A stretch of 64,000 nt of DNA from an uncultured delta proteobacterium (GCA_963841435.1 CAWJCS010000006.1:800001-864000); one strand, 5' to 3'. Numbered from the stretch's first letter, positions 22,170 to 33,713 are shown. Program-made: numbers and translations. The notes: generated from the letters alone by a model not told the origin.

Positions 22170-25100
22170 ATGCGCGTGAACCGAACATCTTACTCCGGCC
22201 TGGTCGTGATCGCCCTGCTTGCCTCCGCGTGTGACGGCAAGCTGACGGACTCGTTCCTCGGCAAAACGTTCCGACGAGCTGAACGGTACCGACGCGAACG
22301 CCACGCTCGAGGGCCCGGGGCCCATCGTCAACGCCGGAGTCGAGAACCTCGGCGGAGGAACGGGTCCAGAAGATCGCCTGGTCTCGGGCGCCGTGCAGAC
22401 GGTCCTCGCTCACCCGACCGATCGGGAGCGATTGGTCATCGGTGCCGTCAACGGCGGGATCTGGACCACGCACAACGCCTACGCGGGCAATCCGCCCACC
22501 TGGACTCCGCGTACGAACACGCAACGCTCGCAGTCGATCGGAGCGATGGACTTCGACCCGATGAACCCGGAGAGTCTGCTGGCGGGCTACGGCGCCGCGA
22601 GCAGCTACGGCTTCGTCGCCGGGGAGCTCTCCGGACTGATAAGGTCGCCCGATTTCGGCGACACGTGGAGCCGGGTGGATGTGGCGTCCGCCGTCACGCC
22701 CGTCGGACGTGACATCCATGGCGTTGCGATCCGCGGTAACCTGATGCTGGTCGCCGACCGGCGTCCGCCGTCGGGAGAGGCCGGCGTGTTGCGCAGCGAC
22801 GACGGGGGGCAGAACTTCAGTCTCGCGGGTGTTCCAGCGGGCTCGGTGATGGATCTCGCGGGCGACCCTTCGGATCCGCAGCGCTTCTACGTCTCGATCG
22901 CCGGCGCCGGTATCTACACGACGGGCGATGGGGGGCAGATGTGGACGCCCGCGAGCGGACCGACGACTTGCCCGGGAACGCCGCCCTGCCTCGAGAACAG
23001 CCTGTACGACATCCTGATGAACACTGGGCTCGGCGAGGCATACACGGAGCTCGCCGTCGGTGGTGAGGGCAGGGTGTATGCCATCACCGTCCTTCAGGGG
23101 CAGCCCTGGTACATCGGCTACTCCGACAATCAGGGCGATGATTGGACCAGGATGGATATCCCGCGCATCCCGGTGGGACCGAACCTCACGATCCAGGATG
23201 TGTCCAACGACCCCATTGATCCCATCCAGATCACGACCGCTGCGCCCCACGGCCTCGAGGGCCGCGAGGAGGATCGGATCCACATCGAGGGGGTGCAGGG
23301 CAACGAGGCGGCCAACGGGGACTTTCGCTTCACGGTCGTGGACGACGACACGATCGTGCTCGCCCAGTGCCTCACCTACCCGGGCTGCCCCATCGTGGGG
23401 AACGTGCCGTTCGAGGCCAGCACGGCGATTCTCCTACCCTACACCGACACGAGCCCGGGCGAGGAAGGGGAGGAGATGGAGGATGAGGAGGACGAAGGCG
23501 CGCCCGGTGGCTCGGGTTCGGAGCACCTCTCGATTGGGGTCGATCCGACCGACCAGACCATCGTCTACATCGGCGGCGACTATCAGCGGCGGCCGACCTG
23601 GGACAGCACACTCGGCGCCTGGACCAACATCCTCGGCGCCCTCGCGCCGTCGGGCAACCTGTGGCGTGGCGAGGCCAGCGTGGCCCCGTCCGGCCAGCCT
23701 CCTGGGCAGGACCCGGGCCCGAACGGGCGCGTTCCGTCGCCGCAGTGGAAGAACCTGACCCACAACGCGCTCACGAGCCCGCCGGAGCTCGTTGGCGGCG
23801 GCACGTTCAGCGGCAGCGCGCCCCACGCCGACTCGCGCGACATGACGTTCGATTACTACGGCAATCTGATCGAGGTGGACGACGGGGGCATCTTTCGCCG
23901 AACGGGCCCGACGACGAGCCTCGGTGATTGGTACAGCCTGAACGGGAACCTCAGCATCACCGAGATCGCCTACCTCGCGTACGATCCCATCAGCGATCGA
24001 CTGATCGCCGGAGCGCAGGACGTGGGCAGTCCGCAGTCGCAGGCGCCGGTCGGAACGCCCGGAGCGGTCGTCTGGTACGACGTGAGGCCGGGCTCCGACG
24101 GCGGGCCCGTCCAGGTGGACGCGACGAACCCGAACCGCTCCGAGCGCTACACCTCGTATCAGGAGTGGGGATCCCCCACGCGCTGCGGGTACAACCCCCA
24201 GGGTCAGCCCGTGGACGTGGGCGGCAATGTCGTCGACGAGGGGCTGAACTGCCGCGAGCTGCCGCTGGGCATGCGGTGCGCCAACGTGCCCACCTGCTCC
24301 GATACGGGGCTCTCGTGCGACGCTGGCAAGTGTTCTGCGGTGCCGCGCGACCCCGGCTGCGAATGCGCCGCGTCCGCGACCTGTGAGCAGTGCGACGGCA
24401 GCGTGTTCCCGGTCGACGACCTGCCGACCGGCTATCCTTTCGGGCCGACGCTGGCGCTCAATCAGGGATCGAATCGTTTCGTGATCACCGCGCTCAACTC
24501 GCTGTACGAGTCGATCGACGGCGGCGAAAAGCTGTTCCAGGTGCACGACAAGGACGGCGGTCCGGCCGGCGCGACCAGCTACGACGCTCCGATCGTCAAC
24601 GGGCATGCCGACGACAGCGAGCTCATCTACATGGGCATCTGCAGCACGTTCCTGGTGCGTACGGTTCGACAAGCTCTCGCTCGATCCGGCGCCGTTCGCT
24701 CCCCTTGGGCGCCGCATCAACGATCTGGACGTTTCACCGACGGACAGCAAGGTCGTCTTCGCCGTCGCCTCCGACCAGGGCGGGTGCCCCGACGTGACCG
24801 GCCCCAACCGAGTCTCCATGACGACCGACGGGGGCCAGACTGCCTGGACGGATCTGACGGGTGACCTGTACGACCCGATGCAGTCACAGTCGGCGGGCAA
24901 TCTGTACGCCGTGCGCTTCGTGCCGGGAAGCCCGGATCGTCTGTTCATCGGGACGACGGGCGGCATCTTCGTGATGGCCATGAACGCGCCGGGGTTTTGG
25001 AACCAGCTGCACCCGAGCGACGCTGCGCTCGGGCTCCCCAACGTCATCGTCAAACGACTGGTCTACGATGCGCCCGGCGACAACCTGTTCGTAGGGTCCA

Positions 25101-27394
25101 TCGGGCGCGGTGCCTGGGCCATCACCCAGCCGACCCAGATCAATCTGCCGCCAGCGGCGAGCTGTGTGACGAGCGTCGAAAAAGTAGCCGACCAGGCGTG
25201 TAGCGCGACCCTCACCGTCACCGACGTTGATGACGGCTCGATCGATCCGGAAGGGGCAAATATGAACCCGACGCTCAGCGTCACGGGTCCGCTCCCATTG
25301 GGAGAAGGGGTCGTGACCCTGACCCTGAACGACGGGGACAACAACGAGACCTGCACCAGCGACTACAGCGTCGTTGACAAGACGCCCCCCGTCTTCGTCG
25401 ACACGGATCTCGCCCCGCTCGTGATCCCGCGTTGTGACTTCTCGAACCAGAACGTGGTGCTCGAGTTCCCCGTGGCCATCGACAATTGCTCGTCGTCGTC
25501 GGAGGTCACGGTCATCGGCACGGTCGCCCAGAGCACGAATCCGGCTTTCCCGCCGGGCGCGCTGTTGACCGACCCGAACGTGGCCCTTCCGCCGGGAACC
25601 TACACGGTCGAATGGATCGCCGTGGATGCTGATCTGAACCAGACCCCGGACCCGCTCGTCCAGACCATCTCCGTGCAACCCGCGCTCTTCGCGGGCCAAT
25701 CGCTGTTCGTGAACACCGGCTCCACGGTGCGCATCGCGGGGAGCCAGGCGCTCGGGAGCGTCGCCAACGCGGGCGGCGGGGTCACCGCGATCGGCAACGA
25801 CGCCTACGTGGGCGACGTCCGGAGCGTCGCCAACGTCAGCATCGGTGACCGCGCCATTGCCGGCAACGTCGTCTCGGCAGGCTCCGTGACGGTCGGCTTC
25901 GGCGCTCAGCTGCCCCCGGTTCAGCAATTCACGCCCGTCTCGCTACCGGCCCCGCTGGATCTCGCGGGCGTGCCTGCGCCATCGGGTGGGCCGCCCGTCA
26001 CGCTGGGCTCGACGCCGCTCCAGCCGGGCTCCTACGGGCAGACGACCGTGAACTCGGGGGAGGTTCTGACCCTCGGAGCGGGCGTGTACTCGTTCCTGTC
26101 CCTGACGCTCAACGATTCGGCGATCGTCACCGCCAGCGACGACACCGTGCTCTACGTGGGCACGAGCCAGCAGTGGCAGAGCTCGTTCCGCACGACGACC
26201 GGCACGCTCGCCCACGTGACCGCTGGCTATTTCGGCACGGACCTGCAGATGTCGGCGGATTTCGCCGGAACGCTGGTCGCGCCGAACGCCACCGTCCACA
26301 TGGGAACGAGCAACGCGCAAGCGTTCAGTGGCATCGTCCACGCAGCCACCATCGTGCTCGAGAACGACGCCGACTTCACGTGCGACCCCACGGCCTGCGC
26401 GTCGAGTCTCTGCGGCGGCCCGGTCGACGCTTGCTCCAACGGGCAAAAGGACCCCGGTGAGGAAGGGGTCGACTGCGGTGGTTCTTGCCCGAACGCCTGC
26501 AGCACTGCGTGCAGCGCCGCCACCTACGAGGCGGAAACCATGACCCAGTCAACGGGAGGTGCCTACTACGCCCAAGGTAGCCAGGTCCCCACGGGCTGGA
26601 ACATCTGGAGCGACGGGTACGTCTCGACTCAGCACGTCTTCACACCCGGCCCTGCACAGATCACGGTGCGCGCGCTGGGCGAGCAGGCCTTGGGTGTCCT
26701 GCCGCACATGGTCGTCAGTGTGGGCGGTACGACCGTTGGCGATGCCACGGTCGTGACGGGCACGTTCGCCGACTACACCTTCGCGTTCATGGCGAGTGGC
26801 GGTCAAAAGGAGGTGCGCGTCACTTTCGACAACGACGCGTACCAGCCGCCCCAGGACCGCAACCTGATCGTGGACAGCGTGACGGTGGACTGCGCCCCGG
26901 TGTTTACGATGGTAAACGGCTCCGTTTCGATGGAAGCCGAGCACTTCCACGGCACCACGCAGAACGGAAGCGCGGATCGCTGGTCCGTTCAGGGGGCGAG
27001 CCAGGCGTCCGGCGCCGCCTGCATGTCGATTGGGCCCGACAGCGGTGACATCTGGACCTCCAACGTGCAGAGCACGGCGCCGCGGCTCGACTTCAACGTC
27101 AGCTTCGATACCAGCGGCACCTTCTACCTGCACGTGCGGGCCGATGGAGCGAACGGTGCCGGCGATTCGTGCTGGGGCGGCGCTGACGCTTACCTCAACA
27201 CGAGCCACTTCGACTTCGCCGACAATCCCAACACCTGGGGCTGGATCACCCGGACCCTGCCGATCGCGACGCCGGGCCTCCACACCGTCCGCCTTTGGGC
27301 GCGCGAGGACGGGCTCCGGGCGGACAAGATCGTGATCAACACGAGCGCCACCCCTCCGGTCGGCGGTGGCCCTCCCGAAAGTACCCAGCAGTAG
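22170..27394 (+). CDS. Giant modular lipoprotein (~1740 aa): BNR/VPS10-like propellers, FCCH-like insert, HYR/Ig-like, beta-solenoid-like region, CBM60-like and a C-terminal beta-sandwich (two apparent +1 frameshifts near 22265 and 24660)
   Basis: Lipobox LASAC. BNR boxes RSPDFGDTW, RSDDGGQNF, YSDNQGDDW, TTDGGQTAW. PHADSR. VDKTPP..AIDNC. CSNGQKDPGEEGVDCGGSC. FDNDAYQPPQDRNLIVDSV. SMEAEHF...REDGLRADKI. Confidence 0.72.
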
Positions 27395-27461
27395 GGCGCT
27401 TTCGGCTTGCCACGGCGATGACGGTCATTGCCGTCGCCCCTTCGCAGTGGCGGGATGCCGC

Positions 27462-27785
<324 letters not shown>

Positions 27786-27800
27786 CGAAACTCCTTTTCT

Positions 27801-27823
27801 AATGGCAACGGGTCGTTGCCATT
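27801..27823. promoter_or_regulatory. TetR operator 1
   Basis: Perfect inverted repeat AATGGCAACG-ggt-CGTTGCCATT. Confidence 0.8.
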
Positions 27824-27854
27824 CGTATCGGCGAGGCTACCGTGGCTCCGGCCT

Positions 27855-27877
27855 GAAGGCAACGCAGCGTTGCCTTC
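27855..27877. promoter_or_regulatory. TetR operator 2
   Basis: Perfect inverted repeat GAAGGCAACGC-a-GCGTTGCCTTC. Shares the GGCAACG-N3-CGTTGCC core with operator 1. Confidence 0.8.
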
Positions 27878-27905
27878 TCGAAAAGGACGATGCTAGCGTC
27901 CGACC

Positions 27906-28583
27906 ATGCGTCGTTCCGCCGGGTCAGCGCGTCGCACCCAGGGGCTCCTCGGGGGACGGAGCGAGCAGGTGGTGCGTCGCGTGCTCGATGCCGCGATCGT
28001 CGAGCTCGCACGTTCGGGCTACGCCGGCTTTCGGATGGAAGGCGTTGCGTCTCGGGCAGCAGTCAACAAGACGACGATCTATCGGCGCTGGCCGAGCCGT
28101 GTGGCGCTTTGCGCTGCGCTCGTGAACCGGATGCGGACGCCCCTTCGCGAGACGCCGCTGCCGGACACCGGGCGGCTCGAGAATGATCTCGTCGAGGCAT
28201 TTGCACGCCGATTCGCCTTCGGTCGAAAGGTCGAGGGCCAGGCCTGGGCACGGCTGCTCGACGAGCGACACAGCCCCGAGGTCGAAACCATCATCGGAGC
28301 TACCGTGGACGAGCGTCGCGACGAGTGGAGGTCGATGGTCAAGCGCGCCATCGGCCGGGGTGAGCTGCCGCCCGGGACCGATGTGCGACTCGTGTTGGAT
28401 TTCGTCCGCGCCATCGTGGATGCCCGCAGCTCATCCCAACGACTCGATAGGACCTGGCTGACCCTTGCGGTCCGCACCGTGATCGTCGGCGCGCGCGCCG
28501 GAGCGCTGGTGCGAGGCCGCAAGACACGCTCGTCGGAGCTGTCCCCGAGGACGCCGCTAGCTAAACCGCGACTGTTACGCTAG
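27906..28583 (+). CDS. TetR/AcrR family transcriptional regulator
   Basis: VLDAAIVELARSGYAGFRMEGVASRAAVNKTTIYRRWPSR HTH. PDTGRLENDL and RAIGRGELPPGTD C-terminal motifs. Confidence 0.92.
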   Translation: MRRSAGSARRTQGLLGGRSEQVVRRVLDAAIVELARSGYAGFRMEGVASRAAVNKTTIYRRWPSRVALCAALVNRMRTPLRETPLPDTGRLENDLVEAFARRFAFGRKVEGQAWARLLDERHSPEVETIIGATVDERRDEWRSMVKRAIGRGELPPGTDVRLVLDFVRAIVDARSSSQRLDRTWLTLAVRTVIVGARAGALVRGRKTRSSELSPRTPLAKPRLLR

Positions 28584-28616
28584 CCTTCGGCGCATCTCGT
28601 GCGGGAGGCCAAGGAG

Positions 28617-30302
28617 ATGAAACGGCAACGGGATGAAGCGCCCCGCCATGTGGCTGCCCTCGGCGTCTCCGTGCTGGCCGTCGCAGGGTCGGCGCTCCTT
28701 TCCTGTGGCGACCCGGAACGCGGGCCGGCGAGCGGCGCTGGCACCAGGGGCGAAACGTCGTCCGCCTTCGACCCCGGCCGCAAGGACATGCATCGGCTGA
28801 ACACGGTCGAGTACAACGCGACGGTCGCGGACGTGCTCGGTACCAAGCTGCAGCCGGCCAACGCCAACTGGCGGGGCGGGGAGCTCGCCGGCTTCGACAA
28901 CATGGCGTCCGTGCTCGGCGTCGACGAGGCCCAGTACGCCCGCTATCTCGAAGCGGCGAAAACCCTTTCTACCGAGCTGTTCGCGGATGACGTGCTTCGC
29001 GCGCAGTTCGTCTCGTGTGACCCGAGTGACGCGGACTGTGCTCGCGGGAGCGTGGAAACCGCGGGGCTCCGACTGTTCCGTCGTCCCCTCGCGGCGGACG
29101 AAACCGAGACCTACCTCGGGGTGTATCGGCAGGCGCTCGCACTCGGCGACCCGCCGCTCGCCGCGCTCGAGCTTTCGTTCCAAGCCCTACTCGCGAGCGC
29201 GGAGTTCCTGTACCGCATCGAGCTCGACCCCGAACCGGAATCGAGCAAGGCCCACCCACTGGGAGGCTTCGAGCTCGCCTCTCGGCTATCGTACTTCCTG
29301 TGGAGCAGCGCCCCTGACGAAATGCTGCTCGGCGCGGCCGCCGACGGTTCCCTGCGACAACCGGAGACCTTGTCGGCAGTCGTGGATCGTATGCTCGACG
29401 ACCCGAAATCGGAGCGCTTCGTCAGCGAGTTCGGAGGGCAATGGCTCGGTGCTCGCCTCGTGGCGACGCATCCCGTCTCTCCGGATTTCTTCCTCTGGTC
29501 GCCGCAGGTGGCGCGCGCGGCCGGCGACGAGATGCTCCTCTACTTTGCCGAGTTCGTGAGGACCAATCGCTCGTGGTTCGAATTTCCGGTCGCGGACGTG
29601 AACTACGTGAACGACTGGCTCGCCATCTTCTACGGCATGCCTTCTGTGCAGGTCACCACGCGCGTCGAGTACACGGGAGACCAACGTGCGGGTTTCTTCG
29701 GCCTGGCTGGGTTTTTGGCTCTCTCGTCCTTCGACCGGCGCACCTCGCCCTCTCTGCGCGGGCGCTGGATCGCGAGCAACGTGCTGTGCACCGCGCCCCC
29801 GGATCCTCCACCCAACGTCCCCAAGCTCGAGGACGACGGTGTCGATCCCTCGAAGCTCAACATTCGCCAAGCCATGGAGCAGCACCGCAACACGCCTGCT
29901 TGCGCGAAATGCCACGAGCTGTTCGACGCCTACGGGCTCGCGCTCGAAGAGTACGACGCCATCGGCCAATTCCGAACGACGTACCCGGACGGGTCGCCCG
30001 TGGACGCTTCGGTGCGGCTGCCCCCGTCCGACGCCCATCCCGAAGGCATCGAGTTCGAAGGGCTGTCGGGACTCTCAAACGTGGTGGCGACGGACCCCAA
30101 CTTCGGAAAGTGCCTGGCGAAAAAGCTCCTCACCTACGGACTCGGTCAACCGGTGACGGCGAGCGACGAGCCGTTCCTGGAGCAGGCCGCCACCGACTGG
30201 CTCGCCCCCGGCGAAACACCGAGCATCCGGCGCCTCGTCCGCGCGCTCGTCTCGACGGAGGCGTTTCGTTCTCGCCGCGGCGAGCCAGAAGGGCAGCCAT
30301 GA
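28617..30302 (+). CDS. DUF1592-family protein (DUF1587/1595/1592/1588/1585) with CxxCH
   Basis: Lipobox LLSC, HRLNTVEYNATV, RLFRRPL, ELASRLSYFLWSSAPD, TSPSLRGRWI, CAKCH, YDAIGQFR. AAGGAG RBS. Confidence 0.88.
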   Translation: MKRQRDEAPRHVAALGVSVLAVAGSALLSCGDPERGPASGAGTRGETSSAFDPGRKDMHRLNTVEYNATVADVLGTKLQPANANWRGGELAGFDNMASVLGVDEAQYARYLEAAKTLSTELFADDVLRAQFVSCDPSDADCARGSVETAGLRLFRRPLAADETETYLGVYRQALALGDPPLAALELSFQALLASAEFLYRIELDPEPESSKAHPLGGFELASRLSYFLWSSAPDEMLLGAAADGSLRQPETLSAVVDRMLDDPKSERFVSEFGGQWLGARLVATHPVSPDFFLWSPQVARAAGDEMLLYFAEFVRTNRSWFEFPVADVNYVNDWLAIFYGMPSVQVTTRVEYTGDQRAGFFGLAGFLALSSFDRRTSPSLRGRWIASNVLCTAPPDPPPNVPKLEDDGVDPSKLNIRQAMEQHRNTPACAKCHELFDAYGLALEEYDAIGQFRTTYPDGSPVDASVRLPPSDAHPEGIEFEGLSGLSNVVATDPNFGKCLAKKLLTYGLGQPVTASDEPFLEQAATDWLAPGETPSIRRLVRALVSTEAFRSRRGEPEGQP

Positions 30303-31759
30303 ACCGTCGTCTCACCCGTCGAGCCGTGCTGCGCGGCGCCGGGGTGGCGCTCACGCTGCCCTTCTTGGAGTCCCTGGCGCCGCGAACCGTCCGCGCGCAG
30401 GCCGCAGCGCGGCGCGGACGTTTCCTCCCGATCTTCCTGCCGAACGGCGCCGCCGACTACTGGCGCCCGATCGGCGAGGGACAGGGCGACGCCTGGCGGC
30501 TCTCCTCCGTGCTCGAGCCGTTCGGAGCGTCGATCAAGGCGAAGCTCAGCATCTTGACGAACCTGGAGAACGGGTCGGTGTTCAACCCCGACGCGTCCCC
30601 CACCATCGAGCCGAGCCACAGTCGCCTCGCGGGCGCCTGGCTCACCTGCGTGAACGCGGAGGAAGCCCGGGCGTCTCTTGCGACGGGCGAAGCCAACGGC
30701 ATATCGCTCGATCAGGTGTTGGCACAAGGGGACGCCTTCAGGAGCGAGGCACCCATCGCCTCCTTGCAGGTCGGGCTCTCCACACCGCTCAGCAGCTGCG
30801 AGTCCGAACCCTGCTCCAGCAGCCGCAGCGTCTCCTGGGCGAGCACCACCCAGCCGATGTACAAGCAGGTGGACCCGCTCGAAGTGTTCCAGCGCATCAC
30901 CGGCGTGCTCGAGCCGAGTGATCCGAGCGATCCGGCTGCGCTCGAAGCAGACAAGCGCATCGCCCGCAACCGGAGTGTCCTCGACGCCGTGCTCGAGAAC
31001 GCGCAGCGGACGCGGACTCGCCTCGGGGCGAGCGACCGACGACGCATGGACGAGTTCTTGGATTCGGTGCGCGCGGTGGAGCGGACGGTGACGAACGTGT
31101 CAGCCGGCATGGGCGGACTCGCGTGTAACCCGAGAACGGCGCCGACCATGGCGCGGATCGAGCAGTCGGCGCTGGCACCGCGCCAGACCACGGAAACGTA
31201 CGACAAAGGCCTCCACGCCGACGCCATGAACGATCTGATTGCGATGGCATTCGAGTGCGACGTGACCCGTGTCATCTCCTACATGCTGGAGGACGAGCGC
31301 TCGGAGTTCACCTACGACCACGTGCAGAGGCGGGAGTTCACGGAAGAAAGCTCGACCCCCACGAGCGGCACCTGCCCCGAGTATCACCTTTCACAACACC
31401 AGGGCGGCGACGTCTTCGCCAGCATCACGTGGTGGAACGTAGGCAAGGTCGCGGAGCTTTGCCGCAAGCTCGACGCGCTCGAGGAAGCCCCGGGCGTAAG
31501 CGTGCTCGACAACACCGTCGTCTTCTTCGGCGCTTGCATGCACGGCGGCAATCACCTGGCCGAAGAGCTCCCGGTCGCGCTGATTGGCGGGAAGAATCTA
31601 GGCTTGCAGAACGATCAGCACCGCGTGCTCGAAAAGCGCCCGCTTCGGGACCTCTACTTCACGCTAATGAACGACGTGTACGGCCTCGGCGTGAGCGACT
31701 TCGGTCGGGATCTGACCGGCAGGCCGGCGGCGGCCATCGGCGAGATATTGGCGACGTGA
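30299..31759 (+). CDS. DUF1552-family protein (Tat-exported)
   Basis: LTRRAVLRGAGVALTLPFLES, ISLDQVLA, RSVLDAV, LGASDRRRMDEFLDSVR, AFECDVTRV, SVLDNT. ATGA overlap with the DUF1592 gene. Confidence 0.88.
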   Translation: MNRRLTRRAVLRGAGVALTLPFLESLAPRTVRAQAAARRGRFLPIFLPNGAADYWRPIGEGQGDAWRLSSVLEPFGASIKAKLSILTNLENGSVFNPDASPTIEPSHSRLAGAWLTCVNAEEARASLATGEANGISLDQVLAQGDAFRSEAPIASLQVGLSTPLSSCESEPCSSSRSVSWASTTQPMYKQVDPLEVFQRITGVLEPSDPSDPAALEADKRIARNRSVLDAVLENAQRTRTRLGASDRRRMDEFLDSVRAVERTVTNVSAGMGGLACNPRTAPTMARIEQSALAPRQTTETYDKGLHADAMNDLIAMAFECDVTRVISYMLEDERSEFTYDHVQRREFTEESSTPTSGTCPEYHLSQHQGGDVFASITWWNVGKVAELCRKLDALEEAPGVSVLDNTVVFFGACMHGGNHLAEELPVALIGGKNLGLQNDQHRVLEKRPLRDLYFTLMNDVYGLGVSDFGRDLTGRPAAAIGEILAT

Positions 31760-31893
31760 TGCCCCCGGGACTTGGGGCGGGGTGGGGGGATGGACCTCGA
31801 CTCGCTGGTCGAACGCTTCGGACCGGTGCCGGCGGAACGTTGGCCTGATCTCGCGTTGATGGGGCAGCTGCGCTGACGCTGTCGGGGTGGAAC

Positions 31894-31909
31894 CGGCATG
31901 GTTCCTGCT
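31894..31909 (+). promoter_or_regulatory. Putative sigma-54 promoter
   Basis: CGGCATG-GTTC-CTGCT (GG-N10-GC), upstream of the GGAGG RBS and ATG 31942. Confidence 0.55.
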
Positions 31910-31941
31910 TGAGCGACATCGAATCCAACTCGGAGGGTCGT

Positions 31942-32370
31942 ATGGATCACATCGCCAAGGTTTCCGATACGGTGGAGGCTCCCATCGCTCGGGTGTGGGA
32001 TGCCCTCGTAACACCCGACATCATCAAGCAGTACATGTTCGGCGCGAAGGTGAGCTCCGACTGGAGGGTTGGCAGCAAGATCAGCTGGTCGGGCGAATGG
32101 CAGGGCAAACCCTATGAGGACAAAGGAAAAATCCTAGAGTTTCGACCGGAAGAAAGGCTTAGCTACTCCCACTTCAGTCCGCTCCTCGGAAAGCCCGACG
32201 AGCCCGCAAACTACCACCGCGTCGTCATCGAGCTTTCGGAGCGCGCCGGAGGCACCGAAGTCACGATCTCTCAGGACAACAACGCGACCGACGAGGCCCG
32301 CGTCCACTCGGCCAAGAACTGGCGGGTGATGCTCGACGGCTTGAAGCAGGTGCTCGAAGCGCGCGGCTGA
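31942..32370 (+). CDS. SRPBCC/AHSA1 domain protein
   Basis: APIARVWDALVTPDIIKQYMFG..DWRVGS..YEDKGKILE..LSYSHFSP..NWRVMLDGLK. Confidence 0.85.
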   Translation: MDHIAKVSDTVEAPIARVWDALVTPDIIKQYMFGAKVSSDWRVGSKISWSGEWQGKPYEDKGKILEFRPEERLSYSHFSPLLGKPDEPANYHRVVIELSERAGGTEVTISQDNNATDEARVHSAKNWRVMLDGLKQVLEARG

Positions 32371-32468
32371 GCTCGCAGCCGAGCGCGCTCGCGACCGTCG
32401 CACAGAACCCGCTGCATTGCCCCCCTGCTCGCTACCAGCTGCGCTCGCGCGGCGCGAAAGGAGCTATC

Positions 32469-32849
32469 ATGGATAACCCGGTAGGTTGGTTCGAGATTTA
32501 CGTGAAAGACATGCCACGCGCGAAGGCGTTCTACGAGGCGGTGCTCGCCGTCAAGCTCGACAAGCTCGAGTCGACGGCTGGCGGAATCTCGGAAATGCGG
32601 GCATTCCCCATGCGTCAAGACGCTCCTGGCGCGGCGGGTGCGCTCGTCAAGATGGAAGGCGGGCCAGCTGGGGGTGGGGCAAGCACCATCGTTTATTTTA
32701 CGTCTGACGATTGCTCGCGGGAGGTCGCGCGTGTGAAGGAGCATGGCGGTAGCGTGAAGAAGGACAAGTTTTCGATCGGGCAGTACGGTTTCATCGCGCT
32801 GATCGAGGATCCGGAGGGCAACGTCATCGGCCTCCATTCGACGAAATGA
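32469..32849 (+). CDS. VOC (glyoxalase/bleomycin resistance) family protein
   Basis: NPVGWFEIYVKDMPRAKAFYEAV...IVYF...DPEGNVIGLHS. Confidence 0.9.
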   Translation: MDNPVGWFEIYVKDMPRAKAFYEAVLAVKLDKLESTAGGISEMRAFPMRQDAPGAAGALVKMEGGPAGGGASTIVYFTSDDCSREVARVKEHGGSVKKDKFSIGQYGFIALIEDPEGNVIGLHSTK

Positions 32850-32888
32850 GGACGGGGCAGAGGAGCGACCCGACGAGGCCGACGTGCA

Positions 32889-33671
32889 TCACTGGCGCGA
32901 GTCGGCTGGACGCCCGTAGTAGTCGTACAGGCGCTCCTCGAACTGGCGGTTGACGGGTGTCGCCGGATCGAACGGTGGGCTCTGCTCCACCTGCTGCCGC
33001 GTGAGGTCGACCACGGCCTTCTTCGTGTGCCAGTCGAGCGAACGAATCCACGACGGCGCAACGAGGACCTGCCGGCCGGGCCAGACTGGCTGGGTGTCAA
33101 CGACGGCGTAGCCGAGCGCCCACGTGTCGTCGTCCACGATGAAGTCCGAGATCCCACCGAGGTCGCCGTTCGACGCGGCTATGCGGAACCCGAGCACCTC
33201 GCTGACGGCATAGATCCGCGAATCGTGCTCGGCGAGGGCCTCGGTCGGGCGATGCGGCACCGCACGCCCGCTCGCCTCTGCAACGCGTGGATCCTCCGGC
33301 TGACGGAGCTCGTGGGGGGTTGCCGCAAACCCCCAGAGCGAGGCGCCCGCCCAGTAGAAGGGAAACCCGTAGAACTGGGCAAAGGCCATCTCGTGGGTGC
33401 GGGTGAGGGCCTCGTCCTCACCGAGCGGCGGCGCGCTTTCGATCTGCGCGCGGGTCAGGTGCACGTGCAGCCGCCGCGTCTCGTGGTCCGCGTGGCCGAG
33501 AGAAATCGGCGATATCAGCACTTTGCGCTTCGGAATCCACTTGCCGGTGTCGGCAACCAGATAGCGGAGCGCCCAGCGCTCGGCGTCGAAGAGGAAGTCC
33601 TTGCAACGGCCGATGTCGCCGTCGACTGCCGAAAGGACGTAGTTCGTGAGCTCGCGCACGCTTCTGAGCAT
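32889..33671 (-). CDS. PRC-barrel domain protein (two barrels)
   Basis: AVDGDIGRCKDFLFDAERWALRYLVADTG and ASNGDLGGISDFIVDDDTWALGYAVVDT. AAGGAGG RBS. Confidence 0.88.
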   Translation of the reverse strand: MLRSVRELTNYVLSAVDGDIGRCKDFLFDAERWALRYLVADTGKWIPKRKVLISPISLGHADHETRRLHVHLTRAQIESAPPLGEDEALTRTHEMAFAQFYGFPFYWAGASLWGFAATPHELRQPEDPRVAEASGRAVPHRPTEALAEHDSRIYAVSEVLGFRIAASNGDLGGISDFIVDDDTWALGYAVVDTQPVWPGRQVLVAPSWIRSLDWHTKKAVVDLTRQQVEQSPPFDPATPVNRQFEERLYDYYGRPADSRQ

Positions 33672-33696
33672 GGGTGCCTCCTTGCGCCGGAACTGA

Positions 33697-33713
33697 ATAC
33701 AAGAAACATGCCG
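33697..33713 (-). promoter_or_regulatory. Possible sigma-54-like promoter
   Basis: Minus strand CGGCATG-TTTC-TTGTA (GC changed to GT at -12), upstream of the PRC-barrel gene. Confidence 0.35.

Noticed and set aside
29441-30298. 285-aa N-terminal extension of the DUF1552 ORF
   Set aside because: It overlaps the DUF1592 gene out of frame. The Tat signal and ATGA coupling place the start at 30299.
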